In this document: positions 61,661-64,000 of the stretch, in pieces
Position numbering within the stretch: position 1 is the stretch's first letter
Layout: each line of letters starts with the position of its first letter
DNA from: Heptranchias perlo
Lineage: Eukaryota
Direction: 5' to 3'
DNA: 64,000 nucleotides
Assembly: GCF_035084215.1 (NCBI RefSeq)
Contig: NC_090334.1
Location: forward strand, 7,936,001 to 8,000,000
Notes under the pieces: generated by a model
What the model saw: only the letters and a program-made list of their open reading frames with translations
Told to the model about the DNA's origin: nothing
Databases searched by the model: none
Translations under genes and position numbers: made by a program

Positions 61661-62194
61661 GTAACATTACTGAATTGGCACAGAAACTAGCCATGGATCC
61701 CGATAGGTCAAGCCCCAGACTGCAATCGGATGCTGGTAGGTTCTCCTCTGGAGTACTTTTCTGCTGACTCCTTTAAGAGCTGGCGATGAGTCAGGGTGAC
61801 GGCTGTCAGCCTGACAACAGGAATTCATTCCTCTGTTTATCTAACAGCTCTTCATCTGGAAATGCTTGGCACAGAGTTGAGTAAGAGCGTGTCTTTGGTG
61901 GGACTTGCACTGCGCAGAGCAGCCAGATGGTGTGAATGGAACAAATTCTTATTGGCGAAGCACGTAGAAGAGAAAGCTTCTGGGTTCAGCTAAGTATTGT
62001 TGGAATGAGTGAGGGGGACAGAAAAGCAGGAAGAGACTGGGAATTGATAATCTACTGCTCTTAATTCAAATGATTGATCCCTCATTTTTCAAAGCACTAA
62101 ATTCCCGCCTTGCTGCGTTATTCATGCTGCTTAGTTAATTTAACTTTTTTTTAATGCAATGAGTATTAACATCGACGTGTCAGTCAATGACTGT

Positions 62195-62416
62195 GTCAGT
62201 CCGAGTCAGTCCATGAGTTACCCCGAGTCAGTCCACGAGTTACACCGAGTCAGTCCACGAGTTACCCCGAGTCAGTCCACGAGTTACCCCGAGTCAGTCC
62301 ACGAGTCGCACCGAGTCAGTCCACGAGTCGCACCGAGTCAGTCCACGAGTCACCCCGAGTCAGTCCAGGAGTCGCCCCGAGTCAGTCCACGAGTCGCACC
62401 GAGTCAGTCCACGAGT
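62195..62416. repeat. 22-bp minisatellite, about 10 copies
   Basis: Unit ccgagtcagtccacgagttacc and variants. Confidence 0.95.
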
Positions 62417-63064
62417 TGAAGGCAGGATGGGACTTACAGCAAACAGTCATTTTACTGAAAACCGTATATTTTAGAGCAGAGTTTATTTTACAGAAAACAA
62501 TGAATTTTACAGCGAAGAGAATCTATTTACTCAGCATAGAGCAAGCAGAGTCTATTCAAACAGAATCTCTACGAACTACACCAAACAGAACTCATGACTG
62601 AAACCACAGTAGAGTCTCTCGATAAAAGCAGGATTATTTCTCCACCAATTGCAGTGAGCGGAGGATGGTTATATAATACAAATTATGTGCATTAAAATCA
62701 ATCTCAGTCACTTACAGCAGTGCGGTCTCCAGGCGTGATTGACAGAGGAATTACCCAATCATCTCCACTCTGGCTGGGACTTGTGGTGTCATGGTATGCA
62801 GCCTTATATTTAATGCAAAAAAATGCCTTCAAGTCATCAGAAGTAGACTATAAACTAATTTTCAGGAGGAAGGGGAGAAGTAAGAGAACGGAACAGGCAG
62901 TTTGGGAGGGAATTTAAACTCCAGGGCCCTGAAATACTGCTTCAGCTTATCTTCTAGTGTTGAAATAAAAGTGGGGACCCTAAGTCTGCCTGAGCAGAGA
63001 GACACAGACTCTGTCCCAAATTAGGGGTCAGGAATACGCAAGGTGTGTGCATCGCACTGGTAAG

Positions 63065-63312
63065 GGTGGGACGTGCAAGAAGCCAGAGTTGGAGCAACAC
63101 TGAGTTCTTGGAAGGTGGTAGGGCAGGAGGAGGTTACAGAGATAGGGAGGGGCGAGGCCATGGAGGGATTGAACATGAGGATGAGAATTTTAAAATCGAG
63201 GTGTTGGTGGACTGGGAGCCAATGTCGGTCAATGAGCACGGGGGTGATGTGTGAACGAGACTTGGTGCGAGTTCGGATACGGGCAGCAGAGTTTTGGATG
63301 AGCTCTTTAAAG
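63065..63312 (-). mobile_element. L2 LINE fragment
   Basis: ELIQNSAARIRTRTKSRSHITPVLIDRHWLPVHQHLDFKILIL (L2 HITPVL..LHWLP motif). Confidence 0.88.
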
Positions 63313-63444
63313 GGCGTGCTGGGCAGAATTCTGGGCAAGCCCGGGAACTCCCCCAACACCCTTGACATTGGGGGTGGGCAGGCAGAAGATTCACCAATTC
63401 CGCCTCCCCCCCCACCCCCCAGAAAACATTTGTAATAGGAAGAA

Positions 63445-63903
63445 GGAAGACTTGCATTTATATAGCGGCTTTCAAATCCTCAGGACATCCCAAAGTGCTT
63501 TACAGCCAATGAAGTGTTTTTGATATGTAGTCACTGTTGTAATGTAGGAAACATGGCAGCCAATTTGCACACAGCAAGCTCGCACAAACGGCAATGAGAT
63601 AATGTCCAGATACTCTTTTTAAGTGGTGTTGGTTGAGAGATAAATATTGGCCAAAACGTTGGGGAGAACTCCCCTGCTCTTCAAAATAGTGCCATGGGAT
63701 CTTTTACGTCCACCTGAGAGGGCAGACAGGGCTATGATATAATGTCTCATCCAAAAGACAGCACCTCCGACAGTGCAGCACTCCCTCAGTACTGCACTGG
63801 AAAGTCAGTCTAAATTTTGTGCTCAAGTCTCTGGAGTGGGACTTGAACCCACAACCTTCTGACTGAGATGCCGGAGTGCTACCCACTGAACCAAGGCTGA
63901 CAC
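63445..63903 (-). mobile_element. DeuSINE (SacSINE1-like), full length
   Basis: Tail gacttgcatttatatagc through head gggacttgaaccc...ccactgaaccaaggctgacac. Confidence 0.9.
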
Positions 63904-64000
63904 ATTGTAGGATGCTAATAGGGTGGAATCCAGGCACTGTCCCACTTTCCAGTCTCCCAACCAGGGGATCTACTTCATTTAAGCTTTGGCCCAGGTCGGA

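Noticed and set aside
57800-64000. Expected neighbouring gene exons such as RAD51
   Set aside because: No recognisable coding exon found by eye on either strand; small exons could have been missed.

Overview
Repeat-rich vertebrate genomic DNA, most likely from a shark or other cartilaginous fish, judged from HER1/CR1-type LINEs, SacSINE1-like DeuSINEs and Penelope-like elements. Two host genes are supported. The last three coding exons of an RMDN-family gene (probably RMDN3) lie on + at 10390-16641. A complete intronless CYP1C-type cytochrome P450 lies tail-to-tail with it on - (36058-37623, 521 aa), with a CCAAT/TATA-like promoter and scattered AHR-type motifs. Most of the rest is nested, decayed retroelements, minisatellites and two assembly gaps, and most short ORFs in the track are TE fragments or their antisense shadows. 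The most unusual signal is at ~45.8-48.6 kb on -. There a decayed Gypsy LTR-retrotransposon lacks its RT/RNaseH/integrase core and instead holds an intronless EIF4G3-like fragment (eIF4E-binding motif plus start of MIF4G), bounded by an 11-bp direct repeat and split by later CR1 insertions. Also notable are two Penelope-borne minimal hammerhead ribozymes with a compensatory stem change, and a LINE whose tRNA-like 5' head and 3' tail are shared with short SINE-like elements. Coordinates were read by eye and TE boundaries are approximate.
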